A stretch of 64,000 bases of DNA from Eubacteriales bacterium (GTDB lineage: Bacteria > Bacillota > Clostridia > Oscillospirales > CAG-382): positions 3,574 through 67,573 of the forward strand of contig JAZSQJ010000015.1 of NCBI GenBank assembly GCA_045537905.1. The letters run 5' to 3'. The notes under the pieces are model-generated. The model was not told the origin of the DNA. It saw nothing but the letters and a program-made list of their open reading frames with translations, and made no database searches. Position 1 is the first letter of the stretch, and every line of letters starts with the position of its first letter. Below are positions 7,934 to 17,900 of this stretch, one piece after another. A program made the position numbers and the translations under genes.

Positions 7934-10327
7934 TTAGATTTCGTCGATAATGCCTGCGTCGTACTTAAGGATAACGGTAGCGTCAAGGTTGTTTACCTTG
8001 TCGTCCTTGTTAACGTCAGCGTTAGCAATCTCGTCAACGATGCCTGCATCGTACTTGAGAACAACGGTAGCATCAAGGTTGTCAACCTTGCCGTCGCTGT
8101 TGGTGTCGCCAAGGGCATAGATAGGATCGTCGGTGCCGCCGTCAATCTTTCTACCAAGAACTTCGATTTCGGTAACAGCTATAACGTATGCCTTGGAGTT
8201 GTAATCAACCTTAAAGTAGCGTGCCTTTACTTCGTCAAAGGTGCCGAGGTGGGTTTCAAGGGAGGTATCCTTTTCTCCACCGGGCGTAGAGAAGTAAATA
8301 GTATCGGTAAAGCCCGTAACCTCGGTAAAGTTTTCACCGTCGTCAGAGTAGGAAACCTTCAGGGAGCCGTCCTGGATACCCTGGAAGCTGGTACCGTGTG
8401 CGGAAGCATCGCGGAGAACAACGTTGGAAATTACTTCTGCCTTGCCAAGGTCAATAGTGATCTCAGCCTTACCGCCTGTACCCTGGAAGCCGACAAAGTT
8501 CAAGGGGTTGTTGGCAAAGCCTGCGGTAGCTATAACGCCGTCAGTAAGCTTGGTAAGATTTTCGTCCTTGGAAACGCCGTAGTAGGAAATCTCTGTGGAG
8601 GAACCCTTCCAAACCTCGGTGTACTTCTTGCCGAGAGCGTAGTTGGTGAGGTGGGAAACGTCAAGCTCGCCCATATCTTCATAGGTAGCTCTGATTTCGG
8701 TATCCTTGTTGCTGGTGGTGAAGGCGGTGGTAGCAGCAGTTGCATCAGCAAAGGTGCCTTCGCCTTCGTCTATAACCCACTTAACAAATGCCTTACCGGG
8801 CATATTTCTAGCGGAAATATTAACGGTCTCGCCGTTAGCGTATCTGCCGGAGCCTGTACCGGAGGTAACGGCAAGGTCATACTTGTCACGGTAGCTAGCC
8901 TTAATAACTACGTCACTTGCAATAACGGTGACAGTAGTGGTGGTAGCGTTTCTGTCAGCAATGGAAGCGCCGCCGTAGGTAACTTCCCAAATGTCAAAGA
9001 GGAATACGCCTTCGGGAGCGTTAGCGGTAACCTCAAAGGTATCGCCTACAGCGTAGTACTTAGGCTCTGCACCGAAGGTATCGTCGTTTTCAACGGTAAC
9101 CTTGTAAACCTTGGTAAGGGTGGTAACGTCAGCAGTGCCGCCCTCATAGGTAGCGGTGGTGCCGTCAATAGCGGTAACGTCAATTATGGTGCCGTCAGCA
9201 GTTCTGTAGCTGCCGAGAGCGTAGCCTGCACCCTTGTAGGTGAGAGCAGAAATATCAATCCAGCCCTTGGTGCCGTCAGCCAGGGTAACCTTACCCCAGT
9301 TCCAGGAGGTCTGTTCTACGTAAGCAGTGCTATCCTTAGCGATGGTGCCAACCTTGCCGGTAGCGGTGTTAGCTGCACGGTAAACGCTGATTTCAGCGGG
9401 GATAGCGTATGCGCCCTTGTTGTAAACCTTGCTGCTGGGATTGTAATAGGTGTTCTTAACGGTATCGGTTTCAACGTAGGTACCGCCCATTGCTTCGTAA
9501 TAGTCATACATTCTGTCAAGGAATACCTTGAAGTATGTACCGTAGAAGTCAAACTTCTTACCGCCGGAGCCAAATACGTAACGCATCTGGATGGGGCAGT
9601 TTTTAGCAGCGGAGGAGTAGTGCTGAACAACCTGAGTGTAGGGGTTGAAGTTGAGCTTCAAGCAAATGTAAGCAACAAGCTCTGCAAGGTAGGTAGCAGT
9701 GCTGTCGAAGGTGTTTGCATACCACTCATACATTTCAACAGAATCCCAAAGCTCACCGGCAGAGGTCTGCTCTGCAGGGAAGCCGGGGGTAGCGGTCTCA
9801 ATACCTACAGCGGAGGAGTTGGAAGCGTCCTGAACCCAACCCATTTCTATCTTGGTAGCAACGTCGGTGGTGCCCCAGTAGTTACCGCCTGCGTGCCAGC
9901 CTTTTTCGTTAAGGGGTATCATCTGGAAAATACCGTCGTTACCGCAGGTGTAGTGCCAAGAAACCTCAACGTCTGTATTCTTACCGTAGTTGTGGTTAGC
10001 AAGGGCGGTAGAAGAAGCGGGATAAGCGCCGGTGTTGTGTACGGTTATATACTTCTGATAGTTGTATGTACCGCGGCTCTTAAAGTTTTCAGCCATAAAG
10101 TCGGCAGTAACCTTCTGCTGCCATCTTGTACCTTCAGCAAGGTAAAATTCCTCGTTGTTGGTAAGGGTATCGTTGTCGGGGAGAGGAAGATACTCGGGTA
10201 TCAAAATCTCCGGAGCAACAAATTCAGCATCTGTAACAACATCAGCTGCAAAGGCAGGGAAAGCGATAACAGCGGATGCCAGTACAAATGTCAGCGCAAG
10301 CAAACATGAGAGCAAGCGTTTTTTCAT
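7934..10327 (-). CDS. secreted multidomain protein: N-acetylmuramoyl-L-alanine amidase (Amidase_2) + SH3-like + Ig-like repeats + F5/8 type C (discoidin) + C-terminal dockerin
   Basis: Signal peptide MKKRLLSCLLALTFVLASAVIAFPAFA. Amidase_2 motif VHNTGAYPASS...VSWHYTCGNDGIFQMIPLNEKGWHAGG. SH3-like WNWGKVTLADGTKGWIDISAL. Discoidin-like segment ending ARYFKVDYNSKAYVIAVTEIEVLG. Two dockerin Ca-binding repeats, GDTNSDGKVDNLDATVVLKYDAG and ADVNKDDKVNNLDATVILKYDAG, in the last ~61 aa (about nt 7937-8119). Confidence 0.85.
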   Translation of the reverse strand: MKKRLLSCLLALTFVLASAVIAFPAFAADVVTDAEFVAPEILIPEYLPLPDNDTLTNNEEFYLAEGTRWQQKVTADFMAENFKSRGTYNYQKYITVHNTGAYPASSTALANHNYGKNTDVEVSWHYTCGNDGIFQMIPLNEKGWHAGGNYWGTTDVATKIEMGWVQDASNSSAVGIETATPGFPAEQTSAGELWDSVEMYEWYANTFDSTATYLAELVAYICLKLNFNPYTQVVQHYSSAAKNCPIQMRYVFGSGGKKFDFYGTYFKVFLDRMYDYYEAMGGTYVETDTVKNTYYNPSSKVYNKGAYAIPAEISVYRAANTATGKVGTIAKDSTAYVEQTSWNWGKVTLADGTKGWIDISALTYKGAGYALGSYRTADGTIIDVTAIDGTTATYEGGTADVTTLTKVYKVTVENDDTFGAEPKYYAVGDTFEVTANAPEGVFLFDIWEVTYGGASIADRNATTTTVTVIASDVVIKASYRDKYDLAVTSGTGSGRYANGETVNISARNMPGKAFVKWVIDEGEGTFADATAATTAFTTSNKDTEIRATYEDMGELDVSHLTNYALGKKYTEVWKGSSTEISYYGVSKDENLTKLTDGVIATAGFANNPLNFVGFQGTGGKAEITIDLGKAEVISNVVLRDASAHGTSFQGIQDGSLKVSYSDDGENFTEVTGFTDTIYFSTPGGEKDTSLETHLGTFDEVKARYFKVDYNSKAYVIAVTEIEVLGRKIDGGTDDPIYALGDTNSDGKVDNLDATVVLKYDAGIVDEIANADVNKDDKVNNLDATVILKYDAGIIDEI

Positions 10328-10387
10328 GTGGTGTTTCTCCTTTTCAATAAATATTTGCAGTAATAGCCTACTGCGTTTTCTACTAGC

Positions 10388-10416
10388 ATTTTATAACAAA
10401 ACTCAAATAATGTCAA
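10388..10416 (-). promoter_or_regulatory. putative sigma-A promoter of the amidase-dockerin gene
   Basis: On the minus strand: TTGACA (10411-10416), 17-nt spacer, TAAAAT (10388-10393). Confidence 0.45.
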
Positions 10417-10418
10417 CC

Positions 10419-10438
10419 TGTATTTTATATAAAATACA
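10419..10438. repeat. perfect 20-bp palindrome TGTATTTTATATAAAATACA
   Basis: The sequence equals its own reverse complement. It lies 2 nt upstream of the predicted -35 of the amidase promoter. Confidence 0.8.
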
Positions 10439-10512
10439 AAATATATTCTGTTAAAAAGTACCAACACTCTTTTTTTCAGAACGAAATATCGTTTTATATA
10501 AAAACAATTCCG

Positions 10513-10542
10513 TTGACAGTAAAGGGCACGGAGTGCTATAAT
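10513..10542 (+). promoter_or_regulatory. putative sigma-A promoter of the MBL-fold hydrolase gene
   Basis: TTGACA (10513-10518), 18-nt spacer, TGcTATAAT extended -10 (TATAAT at 10537-10542). Confidence 0.5.
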
Positions 10543-10574
10543 CAAGGACGTAAACGAAAGGGTGGGTAACGCTT

Positions 10575-11351
10575 ATGAAAATAACGGTTTTAGCAGAAAA
10601 CGTAACGGAAACGGATAGCCTTTCGGCAGAGCACGGACTGTCTTTGTACATAGAAACAGACACGAAACGGCTGCTGTTTGATATGGGGCAAACGGATCTG
10701 TTTGCAGAAAACGCAAAAAAGCTGGGCGTAGACCTTGGCGCGGTGGACTTCGCCGTACTGTCTCACGGTCACTATGACCACGGCGGCGGACTGTCTGCCT
10801 TTTTGTCCGTAAACGACCACGCCCCCGTGTACGTAAACGAAAGGGCGTTTTTGCCCTATTATAACGGAAGCGACAAATATATAGGGCTTGATAAAAAGCT
10901 ACAGGTTGCTGACAGACTACACTTTGTAAAGGATAGCTTTATTATAATGGAAGGCTTTCATCTTTACACCTGCAACGGCAAACGTAAAAGCTTTGAGCTT
11001 GGTAGCTTTGGGCTTAACAAGTTGGAGGAGGGTAGCCTCGTTCCCGACGATTTTCTCCACGAGCAATACCTGCTTATAGAGGAAAAGGGAAAGCGGGTAT
11101 TGATAAGCGGATGTTCTCATAAGGGGGTGCTTAACGTTGTAAAGTGGTTCTCCCCCGATGTTTTTATAGGAGGTTTTCATTTTTCAAAGCTGCCTACGGA
11201 TAACACGTTGACAGAGTATGCGAGGTACCTGTCAGGCTTTGATGCCGACTATTACACCTGCCATTGCACGGGGGTAGAGCAGTTTGAGTATATGCAAAAA
11301 ACTATGCCAAGGCTGGAGTATATTTCCACCGGGAAAAGGATAATAATATAA
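10575..11351 (+). CDS. MBL-fold metallo-hydrolase
   Basis: Metal-binding motif AVLSHGHYDHGGGL. The N-terminus MKITVLAENVTE...EHGLSLYIET is typical of the COG1237-type beta-lactamase-fold family. Confidence 0.8.
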   Translation: MKITVLAENVTETDSLSAEHGLSLYIETDTKRLLFDMGQTDLFAENAKKLGVDLGAVDFAVLSHGHYDHGGGLSAFLSVNDHAPVYVNERAFLPYYNGSDKYIGLDKKLQVADRLHFVKDSFIIMEGFHLYTCNGKRKSFELGSFGLNKLEEGSLVPDDFLHEQYLLIEEKGKRVLISGCSHKGVLNVVKWFSPDVFIGGFHFSKLPTDNTLTEYARYLSGFDADYYTCHCTGVEQFEYMQKTMPRLEYISTGKRIII

Positions 11352-11419
11352 CAAAAAGCTCCCAAAAGGAGGGTTTGCCGTACAGCATATCCTTTAGGGA
11401 GCTTTTTATATTTACAGTA

Positions 11420-12238
11420 TCACCTTAAAAAATCCTTTCTGTAATTAACGCCAATGCTTTCCGCAAGGCTTGCAAGCTGCTCGTTTGATATATGGTTTTT
11501 ACGGGGCAGATGGGCGGTAAGCATATAAATCTGTGCCGCCTTTTCTGCGGTTTCAATCAGGCCAAAAGCCTCGTCAAGGGTTTTGCCCACGCCGTAAATG
11601 CCGTGCATCGCCCAAACCACAAGGCGAAAACGTCTCATCTTTTCGGCAGTAGCTCTGCCAATTTCCTCCGTACCGCAAACCATCCAGGGAAGCACTCCCA
11701 CTCCGTCGGGGAACACCATAATCCCCTCCGTACAGCTCCCCCACAGACTGCGGGTAAAAGCCCCCTCTTCCGGCTCGTGTACGAAGCTCATCGCCATAAG
11801 GTGGGTAGGGTGGCAGTGGGTAACCACACGGTTAGAGCCGTCAACACCAAGTCTTTCGATATGGCTCATAAGATGGGCAGGAAGCTCACTGGTAAACCTG
11901 CCGCCGCCCTCGTATCCCCATAAAAGCTCGGCAGTTTTACCGTCCCTTGCAATTCTCAGTATGCCAAGACATTCGGAGGGCTTTTCTCCGATGTTTTTGA
12001 AATAGCTGCCCGTCGCCGTAACAAGAAAGCAGCGTCCCGGCAGGGAAGAGGCGTCAAAATCTATGTTGTAACTGCGTATAACCTTGCTTGTATCAAGGTA
12101 TTCTGTAAGCTCCGTCTCCTCAAGCAGGTAGCTTATGTTTCCGCTGTTTCGCTCGCACCAGCCAAGACGGTACATATCCCCCGCAGTTTTTGCTATCTGT
12201 TTAATAAAAGGTGCAGAAAGAATATCCCTCATAAACAT
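11420..12238 (-). CDS. rhaD: rhamnulose-1-phosphate aldolase (class II aldolase/adducin family)
   Basis: The N-terminal motif MYRLGWCERNSGNISYLL matches the RhaD signature (GWDERNGGN in E. coli RhaD). A histidine cluster VVTHCHPTHLMAM is present. No rhaA or rhaB is nearby. Confidence 0.7.
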   Translation of the reverse strand: MFMRDILSAPFIKQIAKTAGDMYRLGWCERNSGNISYLLEETELTEYLDTSKVIRSYNIDFDASSLPGRCFLVTATGSYFKNIGEKPSECLGILRIARDGKTAELLWGYEGGGRFTSELPAHLMSHIERLGVDGSNRVVTHCHPTHLMAMSFVHEPEEGAFTRSLWGSCTEGIMVFPDGVGVLPWMVCGTEEIGRATAEKMRRFRLVVWAMHGIYGVGKTLDEAFGLIETAEKAAQIYMLTAHLPRKNHISNEQLASLAESIGVNYRKDFLR

Positions 12239-12726
12239 AAAATCCTTTCAAGTGATTACGCCAGTATTATACAGGAAAAATACAAACATTTCAACACATA
12301 TACGGCAAGAAAATATAATAGATTAATTGTCAAACCAAGTGCAACGCTTTTTGACAAAGAATTCAAACAAATCAACAGCTTTTTGAAAATTGAGAACCTT
12401 TATTGGTCTGGTTTCGAACAACGCTATGTTCTTTTTTTGTGCCTTCAGGCGTGAAAATAACCCCCGCGGTTTTACTGTGGGAAGAAAAATACTTTAGTAT
12501 ACTTGGTGTTCCGCCTATAGTTTTTGTTTGCATTTGTTGTAAAAGAAGGGACGTATACCGAATAGCCTTTGATATGGCGATAAACGATAAAAACCGCACC
12601 GATATCTTGCGGATTCTGTCAAAAGTTGTGCTTATGCTATTGTTATGGACAAGAAAATATGTTATAATGTAAGTTCTAAAGGAGTATCCTGCGAAACAAT
12701 TAAGTTGGTATTTAGGAGTGATATCT

Positions 12727-14760
12727 ATGTGGAACGCAATTAGCATAGTTATTTTAATTATCGAGGCTTTGATGATTGCTGGGTTTATCATCGGCAGATT
12801 TCAAAAAAGACGGTTTAACGAAACCGCTTCGTTTATCTGCATAGTTCTTTTGCTGAACTATTCCTTGCACCTGGTTCCCTATCTCTACGGAGTTTTGGAG
12901 CTTGGTGAGGAGTCCAACGTTATTTTAGGCTTGCTCGGCTGTCTGGGCTCGTCGATAAAGTTCTTCGTTGGTGAACCCAACGTGGAAGCGGTTGAAAAGT
13001 TTACGGATGCCTTTACACATTTTTCTGTTGCCTATATGTTAGGTGTTGTTGTATCTCTGCTTACCACCATCAGCACGGCAATAGAAGTTTTCAGCACTTC
13101 TATAGTAAACAGCTTCCGTTTATCCAAGGCTATGGGCAGGGAAAGCTGTGATATTGTCCTTGGCAACAGTCCAAAAGCACTGCACTATACAAAAACCTGC
13201 AATGCAGTACTGTTGCTTGATGACAGCGTGGGGAAGGATGTTGTAACAGAGCTAATCGAAGACGGCTATGCTGTTTTGCGTAAAGGCTTTACCGTGCAGC
13301 TGCTAAGGGGGCGTCGTTTGAATGCTGAGACCAGATATAACGTAATCTGCACGGAATCGGATAAAGCACTGGACTATATCGACGTCTTTATTACATACAA
13401 AAAGACGGAAGCAAAGGCGAAAAACGTATATTTGTATATAGAGCTTGATGGCGAAAAGGCAGAAACCGTTCGCCGTGAAATTATTGAAAAAAACGGAATG
13501 GAAGCCTATATCGACACCTTCTGTACAAGAGAGCTGATGGCAAGAACCTTTGTTGAAGAAAACCCTGTTACCAAATATCTGCCCAAGTCATACGTCCAAG
13601 ATGCGGCGATAAAAAACGGTACCGAAATAAACGTGTTTCTGCTTGGTTTTTCTAAGCATGGTAAAGAGCTGTACCGTCAATCGGTGATGAATAATCAGTT
13701 GGTTACCTTTGATGGGGAATACAGGGTACTTCCGATAAACTACTATTTGTGTGACAGGGGCATAGATAGCACCGAATGGAGCATCAGCGGCTTGACTGAG
13801 GCACTGGGCGAGCTGGATCCTGCAAAGCATTTTCCTTTGATTGAAACACCCTTCAAAACAAGGGTTGTTGACAAGGCTCCAACCTCCCGTGAGGTGCTTA
13901 CGGCGATCAAAGCACAGGTGAAAAGGGAAAACAGCTATACGTTCGTTATCATCGACACCGACGAGGATTGCCGTAATATTGAAATCAGTGCCAGGCTTAA
14001 AACCCTATTGTTCGGTGCCGACAACTATCATATATTTGTAAGAAGCGAAGCCGCTTATACAAAGGATGATGATGCCGTTACTTATTTTGGTAACAGCCAG
14101 GACGTGTTTAATCACGACGTAATCGTAAACGATTCTCTGGCGGTAATGGCAAAGAAGCTGAACGAGGTTTATACCGCCCAGCACGCAGATGCGGAGGAGA
14201 GAAAACGGGCAGACTTTGCCGAGTACATACAGAAAAAAGCCGAAAAAGACTGGAACGGTTTTGACTACTTCACTATGTATTCCAATATTTATTGCGCTAT
14301 GAGCCTGCGTGTAAAGCTTAACTTACTGGGACTGGATTACGTCAAGGACGGAAAAGGTGCCGGGGTTTCACTTATCAAAGAGCGTAACGGACGTAAGGAT
14401 GGATATGCTTATAGCGAGTATGCCGGTCCGTCCGTCCGCAACGCACTGATTGCACAAGAGCACGCCAGGTGGAACGCCTACCATCTTTTGAGTGAGTATT
14501 TGCCCCTTGAAAAAGAGGGCATTACGGTCATGTCGGATAACGGTAAAAAAGTGCGTTTTAACGTAAAAAACCTTGCGGCTAAAAAGCACGCTTGTCTTAC
14601 AAGCTATAAAGGACTAAGTGTTTTGTCTGCCTATCTTGCAGAAAAGGCAGGGAGGGGATGCACTGCCGCAGACTATGACTATTATATTCATGACGAAATG
14701 CTGATTATCTCGGCTGAGGAGCTGCTAACCTCTCTCGGCTATTCGGTAACGGAAAAATAA
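12727..14760 (+). CDS. hypothetical membrane protein: N-terminal TM helices + two Rossmann-like segments + RyR-like C-terminal motif
   Basis: The ATG at 12727 lies 8 nt after AGGAG. There are about 4 hydrophobic helices in the first ~130 aa. Segments CDIVLGNSPKAL and INVFLLGFSKHGKELY look like nucleotide-binding beta-alpha starts. The C-terminal QEHARWNAY...KKHACLTSYKGL loosely resembles the bacterial RyR-domain motif (low confidence). No confident family assignment. Confidence 0.6.
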   Translation: MWNAISIVILIIEALMIAGFIIGRFQKRRFNETASFICIVLLLNYSLHLVPYLYGVLELGEESNVILGLLGCLGSSIKFFVGEPNVEAVEKFTDAFTHFSVAYMLGVVVSLLTTISTAIEVFSTSIVNSFRLSKAMGRESCDIVLGNSPKALHYTKTCNAVLLLDDSVGKDVVTELIEDGYAVLRKGFTVQLLRGRRLNAETRYNVICTESDKALDYIDVFITYKKTEAKAKNVYLYIELDGEKAETVRREIIEKNGMEAYIDTFCTRELMARTFVEENPVTKYLPKSYVQDAAIKNGTEINVFLLGFSKHGKELYRQSVMNNQLVTFDGEYRVLPINYYLCDRGIDSTEWSISGLTEALGELDPAKHFPLIETPFKTRVVDKAPTSREVLTAIKAQVKRENSYTFVIIDTDEDCRNIEISARLKTLLFGADNYHIFVRSEAAYTKDDDAVTYFGNSQDVFNHDVIVNDSLAVMAKKLNEVYTAQHADAEERKRADFAEYIQKKAEKDWNGFDYFTMYSNIYCAMSLRVKLNLLGLDYVKDGKGAGVSLIKERNGRKDGYAYSEYAGPSVRNALIAQEHARWNAYHLLSEYLPLEKEGITVMSDNGKKVRFNVKNLAAKKHACLTSYKGLSVLSAYLAEKAGRGCTAADYDYYIHDEMLIISAEELLTSLGYSVTEK

Positions 14761-14899
14761 AAAGCGTTAAGTAAGCGTTTGATACAGCCTCTTTTCGTCG
14801 CTTTGCACAAAGGTATATTGCTTTTCGCTCCTGCGGAGCATCCTTTGTAGTACATTATAGAGAATTAAAGAAGTATTGCACAAAAAACGCCCTTAGGTC

Positions 14900-14927
14900 T
14901 TGAAACTTATAAAAAAGATGGTATAAT
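14900..14927 (+). promoter_or_regulatory. putative sigma-A promoter of the giant beta-helix protein gene
   Basis: TTGAAA (14900-14905), 16-nt spacer, TATAAT (14922-14927). Confidence 0.5.
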
Positions 14928-14984
14928 ATATATTGTATCACTGTGGATGCTTGTATTATTCAACGACAACGGAGGAAGATATAG

Positions 14985-17900
14985 ATGAAAATAACAAGGA
15001 CAACGGCTGTATTTCTTTGTATAACAATGCTGTTTGCTTTATTTACGGGCGGCGTTTATGCAGAGGATGGCGTTACATACATTGATGAAACAACGCTGGT
15101 TATAGAAGACGGCAAGGTAGTAAGCGGCGACAAAAGCCTTATAGAAAACGGTATAGTAGTCATCGGTGACAATGCTTCCTCCGGAGCGGATTGTGACGAC
15201 CCTTCCGAGGAGGATACCTTCGGGAACGAGGACCCCTCTGTAAAAATAGACACCCAAACATCGGGTGCAGAAATCGTCCCCGACTCCTCCCTACCTGCTA
15301 CCGAAACTGTAACTACCGAACAAACGGAATCTCAAAGCAGCAAACAACCCGTAAAGGATAACTCTGCCCTTACTGCTCCCACTGTAAAGCCGGATACAAA
15401 TACTAACACCAATACCGAAACAAAACTCCCAACCGAAACTCCCACCGCTGTTAATCCCAATGTACCACAGGAGGGAGCAAAAGGCAGCTGCTACATAAAC
15501 TATCCTTCTTTAGGCGCGACACTTGAAGGGACTACAATCTACCTGTATGAAGCAGATCAAGAGTACGTTTACGTTTACCAAACCCAAAAGGTTCAAAAAA
15601 GCAGCGGAACAATAAGCTCGCTGACGTATCAGACCTCAAATACAATTGCGGTGTTTTACCGTTTAAAGGATGCTCATTCCAGCCGTGGTCCTGATGGAAC
15701 CGGTACTTTTTCTGGCATTATGTTTGACGTAATTGAAGGTAAAACATTTAATTTGGTCGGTAGCTCTACCTATGACATACGCATCGACGGAAGACTGTGC
15801 TCCTCTCAGGCTACGGGCGCAAGCTCTTTTCTTCCCTCAAGCCCTACAGCTGTAAGCAGAACTAATCCCCAAGTAAGCGTTCCGTTGATGCGCGTTTCGG
15901 GAAGCAATGCCAAACTGAATTTGACCTACGTAACTTTAAGAAACTCCAACGCAACCGGCAACGGCGGTGGCGTACGTGTAGGGGATGGCGGCACCCTGAA
16001 AATGACTAATTGCACCATCGACAACTGCGATACCACAGGCAACGGCGGCGGTATATATATAGCAAGCGGCGGATCGGTAGACCTTAATAACGTTACAATT
16101 AAGAATTGTAACGCAGCCTACGGCGGTGCTATTTACATAGCGGGAGACTGCACACTTAAAATGAACACCGTTACCATAGAATCAAATACTGCAGAAAACA
16201 GCGGCAAAACCGACGGCAACGGCGGCGGTATGTGGATAGGCGCAAGCGACACCGGCTTAACTATCGGTTCCACCGTTACCTTTGACAACAACACAGCAAA
16301 CAATAACGGCGGTGCCATAGCTTTAGCAAGAAAAAGAAAGCTTACAATAAACGGTGCTGAGTTTAAGAATAACGATGCAAAAAAAGGCGGTGCCATATCG
16401 GTTTACTCGGCAGACGATGCGGGTGACCCAACACTTATACTTGATTTGGGAAAGATACACGATAATACTGCATCTGAAGCCGGCGGAGGAGTTTATATCG
16501 CCGCAGGCACCGGTCATCAGCTTAACAACACCTCATCTACCGTAAACAATTCCTCCATATACAATAACAGTGCACCAAAGGGTGGCGGAATTTGCGTAGT
16601 AAAAACCTCTTTTACAGGCGTAAGCAACGGCAAGATAACCCTTAACAAGGGGAAAATATACGGCAACAACAAATCCCGCACGGACACTAACTACGGTGGT
16701 GGCGTATATGTAGATAACGGTGGCACCGTTGACCTTAAAGGCACTATAATTGGGGCAGATTCAACTACCAACGGCAACAAGGCTGCTCATGGTGCCGGTG
16801 TATATGTAGCCTCAGGCGGGACCTTCACTATGAACAGCGGCGAGATAAAATATAACACTGCAACAGTAAACGGCGGCGGTATATATTCTCTCGGTCAAAC
16901 CAACTTAAATATCAAAGGTGGCACCATAAGCTACAACGAGGCAACGCAGAACGGCGGCGGTATATACGTTGCGGGAACCAATGCAGGAGGCGTGCGCATA
17001 GTTGGTGAATCGGGGGATATATCCATCCACCACAACAAGTCTAAAGACTCCGGAACAGGTGGCGGCGGTGGTTTGTGCTTCTCCAACCACTCAAGCGAGG
17101 AAGGCGTGGAGTATCCTGTAACGGGTGTTGTTATCGGCGGCGGCTCAAATGCTGTAAACATTTACTCAAACGAGGCAATATACGGCGGCGGTGTACGTAC
17201 CCTTAACAGTGGCTACGGTCTTATCTCTGTTGAAATAAAGAACAACGTTAACATTTATTCCAACACTGCAACCGCAGGTGAAACCTCTACCTATAAGGGC
17301 GGCGGCGGTATATTTGTGGGTGGCAACTCCGAGCTGGTTATCGACGGTGCAGACATATACAATAACATCGCATCGTTTTACGGCGCAGGTATGGTCATAG
17401 CAGGCGGGGAAGTTACCTTCAAAAGCGGTAATATAAGAAATCACACGGTTATTCATTCCGGTGGCGGAATTGAAATGATGTCTAGAGGCTCCTTCACCAT
17501 GACAGGCGGCGATATAAAGGAAAACTCTGCTAACGACGGCGGCGGTATACATTTTGACGGCACCTTTACGGTTACGTTAAGCGGCGGCAATATAATGAAC
17601 AACACCGCAAGTCAGCGTGGCGGCGGCGTTGCCCAAGGCAGCGGTGAATTAACCGTGTCCGGCACTACCATAAAAGATAACACTGCTCATAACGGCGGCG
17701 GTGTATACACCAACGGCGGCTCTCTTACTGTCAGCGGTGGCTTCATAACAAGCAATGATGCCACGTATGGCGGCGGTGTACACATCGATGACAACACTGA
17801 TAAAACAAAAACCGTTGTTTTCAGCGGTGGCACCATAAACGAAAATACCGCTGTATATAACGGTGGCGGGGTATGGATAGGCGTATTTGCGAGATTTACC

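Noticed and set aside
7703-10309. 868-aa ORF on the plus strand
   Set aside because: It is the antisense shadow of the amidase-dockerin gene. Its translation is low-complexity (Val/Gly/Asn/Ser-rich) with no motifs or RBS. The minus-strand frame has a signal peptide and several recognisable domains.
12372-12791. 139-aa minus-strand and 89-aa plus-strand ORFs in the long intergenic region
   Set aside because: They have no RBS and implausible composition, and they overlap the promoter and start of the 678-aa gene. I treat the region as non-coding leader or divergent promoter DNA.
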